A stretch of DNA of 64,000 bases, the filler included, from Candidatus Babelota bacterium (GTDB taxonomy: Bacteria; JAGOBX01), in the NCBI GenBank assembly GCA_017999075.1. It is 13 parts of 13 records of this genome, joined end to end, with 100 filler letters (N's around TTAATTAATTAA, not from the genome) between each part and the next. Parts side by side here need not be neighbours in the genome. Positions count along the whole stretch, not along the records: positions 47,563 to 50,086 come from JAGOBX010000591.1; positions 50,187 to 52,705 come from JAGOBX010000592.1; positions 52,806 to 55,319 come from JAGOBX010000594.1; positions 55,420 to 57,933 come from JAGOBX010000593.1; positions 58,034 to 64,000 come from JAGOBX010000245.1; 8 more parts are not named here. One strand, written 5' to 3'. The notes under the pieces are model-generated. The model worked only from the letters and a program-made list of their open reading frames with translations, ran no database searches and had not been told where the DNA came from. The first letter of the stretch is position 1, and the number at the start of each line of letters is the position of its first letter. The translations under genes and the position numbers were made by a program. Positions 47,637 to 59,601 of the stretch are shown one piece after another.

Positions 47637-50086
47637 TTATTTTTCAACAAGTTGTTCATCACTTTCTACGTTTTTTTCTATTTCATTTCGTTCAAATTTT
47701 TCAATTTTTTCTATAATATCTTTAGCAGGAATATCTGATTTTCTGTATTTTCTCAATCCTGTTCCGCAAGTTATCAAGTGCCCAATTATTACATTTTCCT
47801 TAAGTCCTTTTAAAGTGTCTATTTTGCTAGCTATTGCAGACTCTGTAAGAACTTGACGGGTTTCCTGGAAAGAAGCAGCTGAAACAAAACTTTCTGTTTC
47901 AAGAGACGCTCTCGTTATACCTAACAATATCGGTCTTGCTTTTGCAGGTTTTCCTCCAACTTTTATTACTCGTTCATTTTCTTTATATAACTGTTGTTTA
48001 CTAACTTTTTGTCTTAATAAAAATTTAGTTTCGCCTGTTTCTATAACTTCATATTTTCTAAGCATCTGACGAATTATTATTTCAAAATGTTTATCGTTTA
48101 TTTCAACATTCTGACTGCAGTAAACTTCCTGAATTTCACGTATTAAAAATGTAGCGAGTTCTTTTTCTCCTTTAACTCTCAATATATCGTGAGGGTTTAC
48201 TTGACCGTCTATAAGCTGATCTCCGGCTTTTACCTGATCTCCGCTATGAACTTTCAAATGTCTTCCCACAGGAGCTTCATATCTTTTTTCCATACCATTA
48301 GGATTTGTAACAACAATCTCTCTTGTGAGCGCTCCTTTTTTGCGTTCCGGCAAAGATACTTCTCCATCTATTTCACTTATTATAGCTCTTCCTGATTTTT
48401 TAATTCTAGCTTCTACAAGTTCTTCAACTCGAGGCAAACCTCCAGTAATATCTTTTGTTTTACTTGTTTCACTGGGGATTTTAGCTATAATATCTCCTGC
48501 AACCACTTTATCTCCGTCATCCACTATTAAATGAGAATCATACGGCAAATCTATACTCAGATAGACTCCATTTTTTTTATCTTCAATGATAACAACAGGC
48601 TGAAGTCTTTTTTCCCTGTCTTCAATAATTTTCTTTATCATCATTCCTGATACGTCATGTTCTTCTTTAACTGTCCTGTTAGGCACGATTTCTTCATAAA
48701 TTATTCTTCCTGATACTTCAGCTAAAATAGGTTCATTATAAGGGTCAGCTTCAGCTATCAAAGTATGCGGTTCAAGTATTTCATCTTTTTCAACTCTTAA
48801 TTTTGAACCTATTGGAAGCGGTACTTTATGATCTTCGCCTATTATTAAAATTTTATTTTTTTCTTTATAATATCTTATTATTCCTACGGCAGGTGCTGTT
48901 ATTACTATTGATTTATCTTTATTCTGAGCTATCACATCGCCTTTATTAACCCAGAAATCTTCAGGTTGTACCTGTTTCACATCTTTAACAAGAGGTATCT
49001 CAGCAAGAATTTTCCTTACAGCAAGAAAATCATCTCTGTAAACTATAACTTCTTTTTCTTTTTTGATAATATGTTTAGGTAAATCTTCAACTATAACAGA
49101 ATAATTAAGTTTTATATCATTTACTCCGCCACCAGTAGCAACTCCTCCAAGATGGAAAGTTCTCATTGTTAATTGAGTTCCAGGTTCTCCGATTGATTGA
49201 GCGGCCATTATACCTACAGCTTCACCTACTTCAACAAGTCTTCCATTAGCAAGATTCTGTCCGTAACATTTCGCACAAATTCCTTCTTCTTCTTCGCAAG
49301 TCATTACTGATCTTATATCTACTCTTTCTATACCTGCCTTTTCAATGGCGTCAGCCATTTCTTCAGTCAGCAATTCATTTGCTTCAACTAATATTTCACC
49401 TGTTCCAGGATGAGTGATAGTTTCAACGCTTACTCTTCCAATTATTCTCTGTTTTAATGTTTCAAGTTCTTTTTCACCTTCAGCACTCTTCAAAGCTGAA
49501 ACTGTAATTCCATTAATTGTCCCACAATCATAATTTCTTATTACCACATCTTGAGCTACATCTACAAGGCGTCTGGTTAAATATCCGGCATTTGCAGTTT
49601 TTAAAGCAGTATCAGCCAATCCTTTTCTTGCTCCGTTAGTAGATATAAAATATTCAAGAACTGTCAATCCTTCCTTAAAGCTCGCTTTAATAGGCAATTC
49701 AATAATTTCTCCTGAAGGTTTTGTCATCAATCCTCGCATACCTGCAAGCTGCCGTATCTGGTCAACTGAACCGCGAGCCCCTGAATCAGCCATTAAAAAT
49801 AATGAGTTATTTCCTTGTTCAACTTTTGCCAGGTGTTCCATAACAACTTTCTTTATTTTGTCAACAGAATTTGACCAGATGCCTACTATCTGATTATATC
49901 GTTCCTGATCTGTAATTTGTCCATTGAAAAACTGTTTTCGAACTTTTGTTTCCTGATCCGTAGCTTTTTCAATAATCTCTTTTTTTGCTGGAATTTCTAT
50001 CAAATCTCCTAATCCTATAGAAATACCCAGCATTGTTGAATAATGATAACCTAACTTTTTCAAACTGTCTAACATCAGTATTGTTG
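47637..50086 (-). CDS. rpoC: RNA polymerase beta' subunit, C-terminal part
   Basis: SGARGS, GARKGLADTALKTA..GYLTRRLVD, SIGEPGTQLTMRTFH, DITGGLPRV, SAASFQET, GLKENVI. Confidence 0.98.
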
Positions 50087-50186
50087 NNNNNNNNNNNNNN
50101 NNNNNNNNNNNNNNNNNNNNNNNNNNNNNNTTAATTAATTAANNNNNNNNNNNNNNNNNNNNNNNNNNNNNNNNNNNNNNNNNNNN

Positions 50187-51032
50187 TAAATATGATACAA
50201 TACTAAAACCCCTTGCATTTACTATATTTAACCTGCTGAATTCCTGAGTATCAGAGAGATTTTTAAATTGAAGGATTATTCCTTTAAATGAATTATAAAA
50301 ATTTAAAACATAATAAGGAGAAGTAATAGAAAAAATAAAGGCTGCTGTTAAGCAGCATAAAAAAAATATTTTAATTTTATTTTCTTGCAAAGATGTTATA
50401 ATTCCATATAACAGCGGTACAAAAAGAAAAATTCCAGGTTGTCTGGCAGAAACAGTCAGTCCTATTAAGGCAGCAGATAGAAAAAAATATTTTTTATTTT
50501 TAAATAAAACAGAGTAATAAATTGTCGCAGTTGATAATATGTATAAAAATACAAAAAACATATCTGCAAGCAAAACAGAAGAAACACTGTAAAAATACAG
50601 ATCTTTCAATACCAGTAAATATAGGATAAAAATTAATAAAAAATTATTAAAATATTTTTTGGCCCAAAAAATAAAAATCAATAAAACTGCAATTCCGCAA
50701 ATAAGCGAAAATAATCTTCCTGTGAAAAATATTCTTTCCGGGAAACTTTTATATAAAATTATATAATCATCTTTATCATAAAATTCTCCTGTCAATCTGC
50801 CCAATAAATAATCAAAGCTGTAAAATGAAAAAAGAGCATAAAACCAAAAGTGAGGTTTTGTCCTTTGTAATGGATCAAATTTATTTATAGGCAGATTCAT
50901 CGTTCTTGCCATCTGAGTTTTTTCATCACGCGCATAGCTGTATGGTAATCCTGCTGAAATTACTTTTATCCCGATTTCAAGATATAAAACTATAAAAATA
51001 AATATGAATGAATATATTATAAAATTTTTCAT
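50187..51032 (-). CDS. GT-C (ArnT/PMT-like) membrane glycosyltransferase, 3' truncated
   Basis: Multiple TM segments, DE motif after TM1, GRLFSL, SPY. Confidence 0.7.
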
Positions 51033-51047
51033 TTGGATTTTTTAATT

Positions 51048-52502
51048 CTAAAGTTTCTCATCATATTTTAAATTTTTGCTGTTCTCTGCTGGTTTGTTAA
51101 AATAAAAAATATTTTTAATTATCAGCCGTAATATATTTTTCAAATGCGAAAAAATATATTTTTTATCATACTTCAATACTCCTTTTAATATAATAATCAT
51201 TTTTTTCAAGTTCGATTCTTTCCAGTTTATAGGATAATTTTTTTGTTTCCACATAATTATTTTACGAGCTTGTATTCGTTCATCAAGAGGATATTCTTTC
51301 GTGTCAAACGGAATATTAAACTCAGAAAAATTCAATCCATCGTATAATTGCCCTGCTTCTTCATATGAAGAATATATATTTGCCGCATTATCCTGTACCC
51401 ATGTATATGCTTTAGTGTTAGGATAAGGAATAAGAAATGACCAGTTTGTAATATCAAACTTCAATTTTCGTGAAAGTTCAAACGATTTAATAGTATTTTT
51501 CAAATTATCTCCAGGAAGACCTATTATAAAAGCTCCTCCAAGTTTTAATCCGTTATTCTTTACAATTTTTGAAGCTTTATAAATTTCTTCAAGAGCTTCT
51601 TTCTTGTCTGCATTTTCAAAAACTTCAGGAACCAGTGATTCAACCCCCATATAAATATAATAACAACCTGCAGCTTTCATTTTTTTTATCATTCTGTCAG
51701 TGATTCGATCAGCTCTCAACCCGCTGCCTATTCTCCATTTCAAATCTAATTTTTGTTCAATCAATTTATCACAAATTTCTTCTACGCGCTGAATATCATA
51801 ATTAAAAACAGGTTCTACAACTATAAATTCTTTTATTTTATATATTTTTTTTGCCTGTTTCAATTCTTCTACAACATAATCAGGACTATGCCCTCTCCAT
51901 TTCCCACCCATAAAAGGATTACAAAAAAAACAATGAAACGGGCAACCTCTGCTTGTCATTAAATAATATTCTTTAATTTCACTGACTCCGTATGCTGTAA
52001 AATCTGGAAATGATAATAAATCCAAATTGCTTATCACATCACCTTTTCCATTGAATTTTATTTTTCCTCCATCTCGGTATATCAATCCATTTATATCTTC
52101 GAATTGTTTTTGATGAAATAAATCCAAAAATTTCGGAAAAGTTTTTTCAGTTTCACCGCAGAACGCGTAATCAATAAAATCATTTTTACTTAAAATTTCA
52201 TCTCTCAGATAATATACTTGAGCTCCGCCAAAAACTATAGGCAACCTGAATTTATTTTTTATTTCACGTGCAATATCATATGATTTTTTATAATTATCGC
52301 ACATTATAGAAAATCCTATAATATCAGGATGAAAATCACTTATAACCTTAAAAGCAATCTGAGCTCTGTCTGCTCCCTTATGTGGTAAATTTTCAAGTTT
52401 AATTTCGTGTCCTGATTTTTTAACCATAGATGCCAATGAAGCTAAACCTATATTTAACACTTCATAATCATATGTTTTAATACTAAAAATTACAATGCGC
52501 AT
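51048..52502 (-). CDS. B12-binding radical SAM enzyme
   Basis: GLASLAS...PDIIGFS...GG B12 domain; SRGCPFHCFFC; GVES; FIIGLPGD. Confidence 0.92.
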   Translation of the reverse strand: MRIVIFSIKTYDYEVLNIGLASLASMVKKSGHEIKLENLPHKGADRAQIAFKVISDFHPDIIGFSIMCDNYKKSYDIAREIKNKFRLPIVFGGAQVYYLRDEILSKNDFIDYAFCGETEKTFPKFLDLFHQKQFEDINGLIYRDGGKIKFNGKGDVISNLDLLSFPDFTAYGVSEIKEYYLMTSRGCPFHCFFCNPFMGGKWRGHSPDYVVEELKQAKKIYKIKEFIVVEPVFNYDIQRVEEICDKLIEQKLDLKWRIGSGLRADRITDRMIKKMKAAGCYYIYMGVESLVPEVFENADKKEALEEIYKASKIVKNNGLKLGGAFIIGLPGDNLKNTIKSFELSRKLKFDITNWSFLIPYPNTKAYTWVQDNAANIYSSYEEAGQLYDGLNFSEFNIPFDTKEYPLDERIQARKIIMWKQKNYPINWKESNLKKMIIILKGVLKYDKKYIFSHLKNILRLIIKNIFYFNKPAENSKNLKYDEKL

Positions 52503-52544
52503 TACAGACTCATCCCTTCTGATTAAATAATAAAATTTTTAAAC

Positions 52545-52705
52545 TCAATTCCGTTCAATGATTTCATTGAAAAAAAAACTAAGTTCTGATGTTTGAATTT
52601 TACTTGAATATCGATATAATTTATCCATTTCATATTTTTCAGAAAAACTATTTCTTGTTCTGACAGCAGTCAATAAGTAGTTTTCAATTTCATAATATTC
52701 ATTTT
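52545..52705 (-). CDS. C-terminal fragment of an unknown gene
   Basis: Frame is open from the contig edge to the TGA at 52545. Confidence 0.45.
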
Positions 52706-52805
52706 NNNNNNNNNNNNNNNNNNNNNNNNNNNNNNNNNNNNNNNNNNNNTTAATTAATTAANNNNNNNNNNNNNNNNNNNNNNNNNNNNNNNNNNNNNNN
52801 NNNNN

Positions 52806-54233
52806 GTTCACAGGTTCATATAAAAGACACATAATTTTAAGAATCGCGAATGAATATTCATCATCAATAATTTTTGATTGTCTGACTGTATATTCAAAAA
52901 AATTATAGATTGTATCAGGCAGCCGCGAGAATTGTTTTTCTTTAAAAGTATTTATGTTTTTTATTATTGCATTCAGAAAAAGCGGCGACCCGTTTGTTTT
53001 TTGAAATATCATTGACAATTCGTCATCTATAAGTTCTATATTGTAATTATCAAACAAACTGCGCGTTTCATTTATATCAAAGAATTTCAGTTCGATATCC
53101 AGAAAGTTTTTTTTATCATAAAACATTCTTTTCAGTTCAAAATATAAATCTGTTTTACGCAATGAAACCAGAAAAAATATATTTTTAGGGATATCGCCAA
53201 ACGGAAACACGGATGATAAATCCGCGGTATTAATATTTTCTAAGCCGTCGATTACAATAACTTCTTTATTTCCGTTTGCGCTTGTTATTTGAGCGGATAC
53301 TCTGTTTATCACATAATAATAATTATTCTCGATTTCAATTTCATTTGCTGATGTTTTAGGTATAAATCTGTATTTTGAACATAATTGTTCAGTCAACGAT
53401 AATAATGCAGTAGATAGTAACGCGCCGCTTTTTGAACTGTTGAAAAAAAAACGCGGATAATTTCTGTTTGCAGTCAAATATGCGGCAAGCGCGCTTTTCC
53501 CTGCGCCAGGCATACCAGCCAACAATATGAACCCTGAATCATTTTTATCTATGAATGAATTTATTTCATTGATTGTTTCGGTTCTGCCGATAAATACCGC
53601 TGTTTTATCCGCTATAATATTCTGCTGTTCGATATAATGCCGCGAATTATGCTCGACATTAATTATATTTGATTTTAGCAGCCGTTTGTCAAATACGGAT
53701 TCAATAAGTTCAGATACAGAAGTTACTCTTATAATTTCTTTTTTTGTTAAACTGATTGTATTAGCGGCAGGTATGATAATTTTTTCAATATCAGCGCGTT
53801 CCTCTTCGATAAACTTTATTTTTTCAATATTATATTCTATCCGTTCAATTTTTCCGTGTTCATTTAAAACACCGGAAAAAACTGTATTTTCAGGCACAGG
53901 AATTTTGAAAACATACGCTATATAGGTTATAAGCGCGGCAAAAGATACGGATTTTCCGTCAATAACAACAAGCGAATTATTATAGCTTTTGATTTCATTG
54001 TCAAAAATAAAATCATTGTAATCAGGAGTATGTCTGATATTAAAATTATGGAAAATATAATCGGCTGCCGCTGTAATCGCATTTGTTACAGCGCTGATAT
54101 AATTCTGCGTAAAATTATGGAAAATTTTTTTTTGGAGATCGCGGCGTTTGTAGATGCAGAAAGTATCGCATACGCATTCATTCAATGAATCGATATAAAT
54201 TATGTATTTACAGCAGAATCGAAGGTCAGTCAA
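52806..54233 (-). CDS. Lon-type (S16) protease domain fused to a STAND/NACHT-like NTPase, 3' truncated
   Basis: DGKS95...FSG.L...G.I..I....EK138 (Ser-Lys 43 residues apart). FIGR, Walker A GMPGAGKS (240-247), Walker B VIVIDGLE, STAND GxP motif GSPLFL. Confidence 0.8.
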
Positions 54234-55224
54234 TTACTGTTACTCCCCATTCGCGAAGAATGTTTAAAGCGGTTTCATTGAGTTGCGCTGTTTCGCCGCG
54301 CGCCTGCAGAAAATCATAAAATCGCGTTATTCCGTTAATCAGCGATTCGCAAGGATTATTTTCGCCTAATTCTTTTTTTAATTCAGTAATCATCTTACTG
54401 TATCGTTTCAACTGATAATATTTATGCGCTTGCGGATATTTCTTTAAATTAAGCGCAGGCGTATCAGCAGCCGCAGCATACAATATTTCATTTGACGAAC
54501 CAGTATAAAAATCAGAAACGGCGTTTATAAAACGCGCGTCAGTATTAATATTACTGTTAGAACGAGCATATTCTTTAAGTGATTTGATACTTTCAAGTTC
54601 GAGCCGTCTGAACATTTTAATTTCGTCAGATAATTCCGATGATTCTGAATTTGCCGGTAAACTGTTTTGATAATCATTAATTTTTTTTATCATTTCAGCG
54701 TCAAATAGCGCGATATGCTTTTCAAGGATCACCGCGCCCGCGATAAAAATATTCCAGGTTTCCAGCATAAATTCATAACCTAATACGGATTTTTCTCTGG
54801 TAATAAGTAAATCGCCTTTGTCTGCAAAAGCAGTTTCTATTGATATTGGCAAATATTCATATATAAGTCCGGTCTTATCAATGCCTGTGATAACGACAAT
54901 ACGGCTTTTATTCTTGTTTTGATTTAAAATATCAGCGTTCACGGTTTTCCAAATCTGAAACGGCTTAATATCATTCGGCTGGAATTGCTGCTTTTTTGAA
55001 ATATTCTTTGATGATAATAACGCGGCTGTCTGCGCCGGCATTTTCGTATTCTGCTTTAATTGCGCGGCAATTTCAGTATTTTTTTTGAAATTTTCTGATA
55101 GCATCCGGCAATTATCGCACACGCTTAAATGCGCGGCAATTTCAGCGTTAATTTTGCCATTTACGAATTCTAAAATATCCTTTTCATCAGGGCAGTAATT
55201 ATACTCGATTATATGATTTACCAT
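54226..55224 (-). CDS. zinc anti-sigma (zf-HC2-like) protein with a CalpT/MazF-like middle domain
   Basis: C11...H32xxxC36xxC39. Middle block FQIW...RIVVI...LPIS....A..GDL...FMLETWN...FRRLE. Overlaps the protease gene by 8 nt. Confidence 0.6.
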   Translation of the reverse strand: MVNHIIEYNYCPDEKDILEFVNGKINAEIAAHLSVCDNCRMLSENFKKNTEIAAQLKQNTKMPAQTAALLSSKNISKKQQFQPNDIKPFQIWKTVNADILNQNKNKSRIVVITGIDKTGLIYEYLPISIETAFADKGDLLITREKSVLGYEFMLETWNIFIAGAVILEKHIALFDAEMIKKINDYQNSLPANSESSELSDEIKMFRRLELESIKSLKEYARSNSNINTDARFINAVSDFYTGSSNEILYAAAADTPALNLKKYPQAHKYYQLKRYSKMITELKKELGENNPCESLINGITRFYDFLQARGETAQLNETALNILREWGVTVID

Positions 55225-55419
55225 TTTTTGCTCCTGTTTTTAAATACGCTATATTTATTTTTTTATCTTATCGTTTGAATATTATGTTTTTTCCTTTCTA
55301 ATTAATATTAAACATCTACNNNNNNNNNNNNNNNNNNNNNNNNNNNNNNNNNNNNNNNNNNNNTTAATTAATTAANNNNNNNNNNNNNNNNNNNNNNNNN
55401 NNNNNNNNNNNNNNNNNNN

Positions 55420-57239
55420 CCCCAGTTTGTTGCATTTAATACTAAAGCTATCCAAACTCCTATTTTCGGAATCATTCCAAGTATCCCTGAAAAAATTCCG
55501 AGCTGAACATTTATACCGACAAGCGGTATTGCAATAAAATTAGCAAGCATACCTGCTACCGGAAATTTTGTGAAATACCACGCTGATAAAGGTATCATCA
55601 TACCTATTTGAATGGCAAATTGAGCTGATAAAAATTGTCTGAAATTATTTGGTATTGATTGATACCCTATACTCCCGATTACAGGATATTGTTCATCAAG
55701 TTTTTTTAGTAATTTTCCTACAATGAAGATTACTGCTACTGCCGGAAGATAAAAATAAGGATTTACAAATAAAAACCAATCGTATATTACAATTAAGAAA
55801 AATCCTATGAAAATCAGTATGCCCCAAATAAATACAAGCCCGCGCAGTTTTATTAATTGCATGTCAACAGGTTTTGTTAATAATACAAGAGCTAAAACAG
55901 CTCCGAAAGATAATGAAAATGAAGGGGAATATATTACAAGCGGGCTTTTAAGCAGAATTAGAAAACCTGCGGCTCCTATTGAAAATATTGCCGAAGCTCT
56001 TAACCCTCTTGAAGAATAAACGAGTGTCAATACAGCTATGCTGTTCATTAAAGTCGCGCGCGTGCTTGATGGCGCAGCTCCGGTAATAATACAAAAAATC
56101 ACCAACCCCAATACAAGAATAGGAGCAAACACTTTTCTGTGAATTTTTAAAGCTGAAAAAATTCCGAATAAAAATATTGTTATTATAGTAACATGAAGTC
56201 CTGATACTGCAAGAACATGTCCGACTCCTGACCATTGGAACTGAACAGTAATTAATTGGCTGTTTTTATCTTTTGTAGCGTCATATTGAGACAAAAAATC
56301 ATTCAGAATTTTAGGGTCGTCTTTAATTAAAGATTCTTCAAAATATTTATAGTAGTCGTTTAAAATAGTGGGCATATTCTGAAGACCTCGTTTAAGCCCT
56401 AAAGTAATTCCGCTTAAAAATGCGGATTCCGGATAGGGCATGGTCAATTTAAACGTTGTAAGCATTTTCCGTTTTACTGATAAGGAAAATTTTGTTAGTA
56501 AATATAAAGGATTGTATTTCTCTTCGTTTTCTTTATATGTTTTTTTTTCTTGCTCATCAAAAAGCAGAGATTCATCTAAAATAGTCATTCTGTCAGGATT
56601 AAACATCATGGCATAAACGTTTGATGCGTTTGCCTGTTCTCTTGCATCATATCCATACGGGTCGGATTTATCTCGCGGAGCAACAAGTTTTCCTGTAACC
56701 CTTACTATTTTTCCGTAAACTTCAGGCACTGAAAATTCTGTCCATATAGGATTAACGCTGTCTCCGGTTTTTGCCTTGCGTTTGATTTGCACTACAAAAT
56801 CGCCGCCTGCCACTTTTTTGTATTTATTTTCGACTTTCATTTTTTTGATTAGATACGGTTCTATGGTAACTTTTGTTTTATCATAAAAAACGTCAGGGTC
56901 TCCTGAAATTTTTCCGATTATTTGATAAACAGGGGCATTTCTTTCAAATCCTTCAGATGCAAATTGAGATATATGATTTGGATCTGAAAAATTATGATGA
57001 TGTGTGTATCTTGCATAACCGAGTAAAAATGAACCTATAAGAAAAAACGTCATTACAGTAGAATCGGAAATTGTCAGGTTTTTTCGCTGAATTATATGAA
57101 GGATTATTCCTATAAGAATAAATATTCCTGATGTTCCATATATCATATTTACATAAGTTATATTTACTGAAAAAGCTGTTGCTGCAATTATACCTAAAAT
57201 GTAAAGCCAGCAGAAAGCCATTATTTTATTAAATTTCAT
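55420..57239 (-). CDS. comEC: ComEC/Rec2 competence channel, 3' truncated
   Basis: HVLAVSGLHV, TGAAPSSTRA, SFSLSF, LANFIAIP; OB-like N-terminal region. Confidence 0.88.
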
Positions 57240-57334
57240 GGTTAATAACTCCTTTGTTTCATATAATTCTTAAAAAATATTAAGACTTCATATTTTTTAT
57301 ATATTCCGTTGCCTGTTAATTGTTAAATTTATTT

Positions 57335-57532
57335 TTATTCGTCTCCGCCAGATAATTTGTCTTCATAATCAGGATTGTTTTTACTTAATGTTTGAACAGT
57401 AGGGTAAAATTTTTTATTGATTACAGATATGGTTTCCGGTCTGTAATTTTTATTAAATGCTATCACAATTAATCCGATTAATAAAGAACCTAAAATAGTT
57501 ATAATTAAAGCTTTTTGACTTCCATCTCCCAT
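57335..57532 (-). CDS. small single-TM protein
   Basis: GAGGAGG RBS; one hydrophobic helix. Confidence 0.6.
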   Translation of the reverse strand: MGDGSQKALIITILGSLLIGLIVIAFNKNYRPETISVINKKFYPTVQTLSKNNPDYEDKLSGGDE

Positions 57533-58033
57533 AAATAATTATCCTCCTCAAAAGTTTTATTGCGCGGTAAATTGCAACGCAATTGTATGATTAGATTAAA
57601 ATAATTAGCCTGAAAAAATGAAATACATTATTGATTCATAAATACTCTAATAATACGAGAATACAGTATATTATTAAAAATTAATATAGTCAAGTAATTT
57701 ATTTTTGAATATTTTGTAAATCCAAAATCTATGAGTAAAATAAAAATTAAATATTTTGTAAATGATTTTATAAGAACTTTGATAAATATTTTTTTATTGC
57801 TGCCGTGAAAAAATATAATAATAATATTTGACAAATAAAATAAGAAAAATAAAATATAGACTTAAATTTTAAAAAAAATAATAAGTTTAAATTTGATGAA
57901 TATGAAATTTTTTAAGAGAAGAGGGGTATGTTANNNNNNNNNNNNNNNNNNNNNNNNNNNNNNNNNNNNNNNNNNNNTTAATTAATTAANNNNNNNNNNN
58001 NNNNNNNNNNNNNNNNNNNNNNNNNNNNNNNNN

Positions 58034-59476
58034 GTTCTTGACAATGCTATTAAGCGGTTTCGTGAACGTCAAATTGTACTCCCCACATTTGCCCAGCAAA
58101 AAAATCCTGATTTGATACCTGACAAAATAAAAAACAGATTAAAAAATATTGGTTTATGGGATTTTAACTCTTTAAATTTATTTAGAATTACATGGAAAAA
58201 TGAACCTGTTAAATCAGGCGGCGGTTTCGGCGGAGTAAATTATATTGAAATACCTTCTGAAATAACCGGAGTAAAAGCCCGTATAGTTTTAATTTTGGGA
58301 AAATGGTTTCCTACCGGAGCTCATAAAGTAGGAGCAGCTTACGGATGTTTGGCTCCGCGTATTATTACAGGCGAGTTTGATCCGATTAATCATAAAGCAG
58401 TTTGGCCGTCTACAGGGAATTATTGCCGTGGAGGAGCTTTTGATTCATATTTGATGGGTTGCACTGCAGTAGCTATTTTACCTCAGGAAATGAGTCAGGA
58501 ACGTTTTGACTGGCTCAGGGAAATAGGAGCGGAAGTAATCGCTACTCCTGGATGCGAATCTAATGTTAAAGAAATTTATGACAAATGCTGGGAATTCCGT
58601 AAGACGCGTCCTGACTGCGTTATATTCAACCAATTCGAAGAGTGGGGGAATACATGCTGGCATTATAATATAACAGGTTCTGCTATTGAAGAAGTATATA
58701 ATAAACTTAAAAATAAATATTCAAATTTAGCCGGATATGTTTCAGCCACAGGTTCTGGCGGCACTATAGCAGCAGGAGATTATTTGAGAACAAAATATCC
58801 TTTTATTAAAGTAGGAGCTTCTGAAGCTTTACAGTGTCCTACGCTGCTTATGAATGGTTATGGCGGCCATAGAATAGAAGGTATCGGAGACAAACATATT
58901 CCATGGATTCACAATATAAAAAATACTGATACTGTTATAGCTGTAAACGATGAGGACTGCATAAGAGTAATGCGTTTGTTTAATGAATCTCAAGGAAGGA
59001 GTTTTTTGAAAAAAATATCTAAATCAGATGTTGTAAACAATCTTGATTTACTCGGAATATCAGGAATAGGAAATATGTTAAGCGCAATAAAACTTGCAAA
59101 ATATTATGAAATGAATTCTGACGATATTATCTTTACTGTTGCAACTGATTCTATGGAACTTTATGGTTCCAGAATGCTTGAATATAAACAGAAATATGGG
59201 GAATATTCTGAACTTCAGGCAGGAAGAGATTTTGACGGATGCATACTCTCTCAATCAGTAGATTATATGAAAGATTTAGCTTACCACGATAAAAAAGCTA
59301 TTCACAATCTTAAATATTTTACTTGGATAGAACAGCAGGCTAAACAATTGGAAGATTTGAACCAGCTTTGGTATGACCGTAAAATATTACCTAAACTTTT
59401 TAATCAGATTGAAGAATGGGATGAATTGATTAAAGAATTCAATAGAGCTACAGGCGTTTTACGTAATATGCAGTAG
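58034..59476 (+). CDS. fold-type II PLP-dependent enzyme (cysteine synthase/TrpB-like), 5' truncated
   Basis: FPTGAHKVGA, STGNY, NQF, GSGGT, IEGIG. Frame is open from the contig edge. Confidence 0.85.
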   Translation, partial: VLDNAIKRFRERQIVLPTFAQQKNPDLIPDKIKNRLKNIGLWDFNSLNLFRITWKNEPVKSGGGFGGVNYIEIPSEITGVKARIVLILGKWFPTGAHKVGAAYGCLAPRIITGEFDPINHKAVWPSTGNYCRGGAFDSYLMGCTAVAILPQEMSQERFDWLREIGAEVIATPGCESNVKEIYDKCWEFRKTRPDCVIFNQFEEWGNTCWHYNITGSAIEEVYNKLKNKYSNLAGYVSATGSGGTIAAGDYLRTKYPFIKVGASEALQCPTLLMNGYGGHRIEGIGDKHIPWIHNIKNTDTVIAVNDEDCIRVMRLFNESQGRSFLKKISKSDVVNNLDLLGISGIGNMLSAIKLAKYYEMNSDDIIFTVATDSMELYGSRMLEYKQKYGEYSELQAGRDFDGCILSQSVDYMKDLAYHDKKAIHNLKYFTWIEQQAKQLEDLNQLWYDRKILPKLFNQIEEWDELIKEFNRATGVLRNMQ

Positions 59477-59601
59477 GTAATCCTGGAAAATAAAAATAAC
59501 AGGATTTTTTTATAGAACGATTTAAATAACATTCAGAAAACCGTGAAATAATTTTTGTTTTATGGTTTTCTGAATAATATTAAAATTTAGGAGAATTATA
59601 T

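Noticed and set aside
52806-57239. comEC or the radical SAM gene as part of the Lon-STAND system
   Set aside because: They are on different contigs.
57628-57834. Short ORF-track entries such as 57628-57834, 23238-23432, 21662-21919 and the many antisense ORFs inside long genes
   Set aside because: No motifs. They are shadows of real genes, IS remnants or AT-rich promoter DNA.
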